Source: Octopus sinensis
Lineage: Eukaryota
Length of the DNA stretch: 64,000 nucleotides
Direction of reading: 5' to 3'
NCBI RefSeq assembly: GCF_006345805.1
Contig: NC_043019.1
Location: 32,815,657 to 32,879,656, forward strand
Below, piece by piece: positions 63,963 to 64,000 of the stretch. The notes under the pieces are model-generated. The model did not search any database and was not told the DNA's origin. It was given only the letters and a program-made list of their open reading frames with translations. Made by a program: the position numbers and the translations under genes. The first letter of the stretch is position 1. The number at the start of each line of letters is the position of its first letter.

Positions 63963-64000
63963 ATACATATATATTTACACATATGTGTATTAATATTCAT

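Overview
Repeat-rich, AT-rich animal genomic DNA; the SINE/LINE/microsatellite repertoire suggests an octopus or other coleoid cephalopod (inference). There are no prokaryotic features. Two spliced genes converge. (1) The 3' half of EFR3 on + has 11 coding exons from 2083 to the stop at 41817, all GT-AG and phase-consistent. (2) An exostosin-like (EXTL3-type) GT64 glycosyltransferase on - has 4 exons from 62328 to the stop at 50175, and one expected splice donor reads TT instead of GT. Between the genes sits a Penelope-like retroelement (RT + GIY-YIG) bracketed by ~420-470 bp inverted pseudo-LTRs; a second, older Penelope copy lies in an EFR3 intron. The strongest hidden signal is a set of about ten minimal type-I hammerhead ribozyme motifs in Penelope pLTRs and in small TA-microsatellite-embedded elements. 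They include compensatory variants of the core 3:8 pair (C3:G8, U3:A8, A3:U8). Other notable structures are a 63-bp satellite built from the amplified end of a hAT transposon, a 6.5-kb 78-bp satellite grown from a dispersed-repeat module, several long fold-backs in EFR3 introns, and exon-like pieces out of order inside the GT64 gene. The long ORFs in the ORF track over satellites and microsatellites are artefacts. All calls were made by eye, without database searches.
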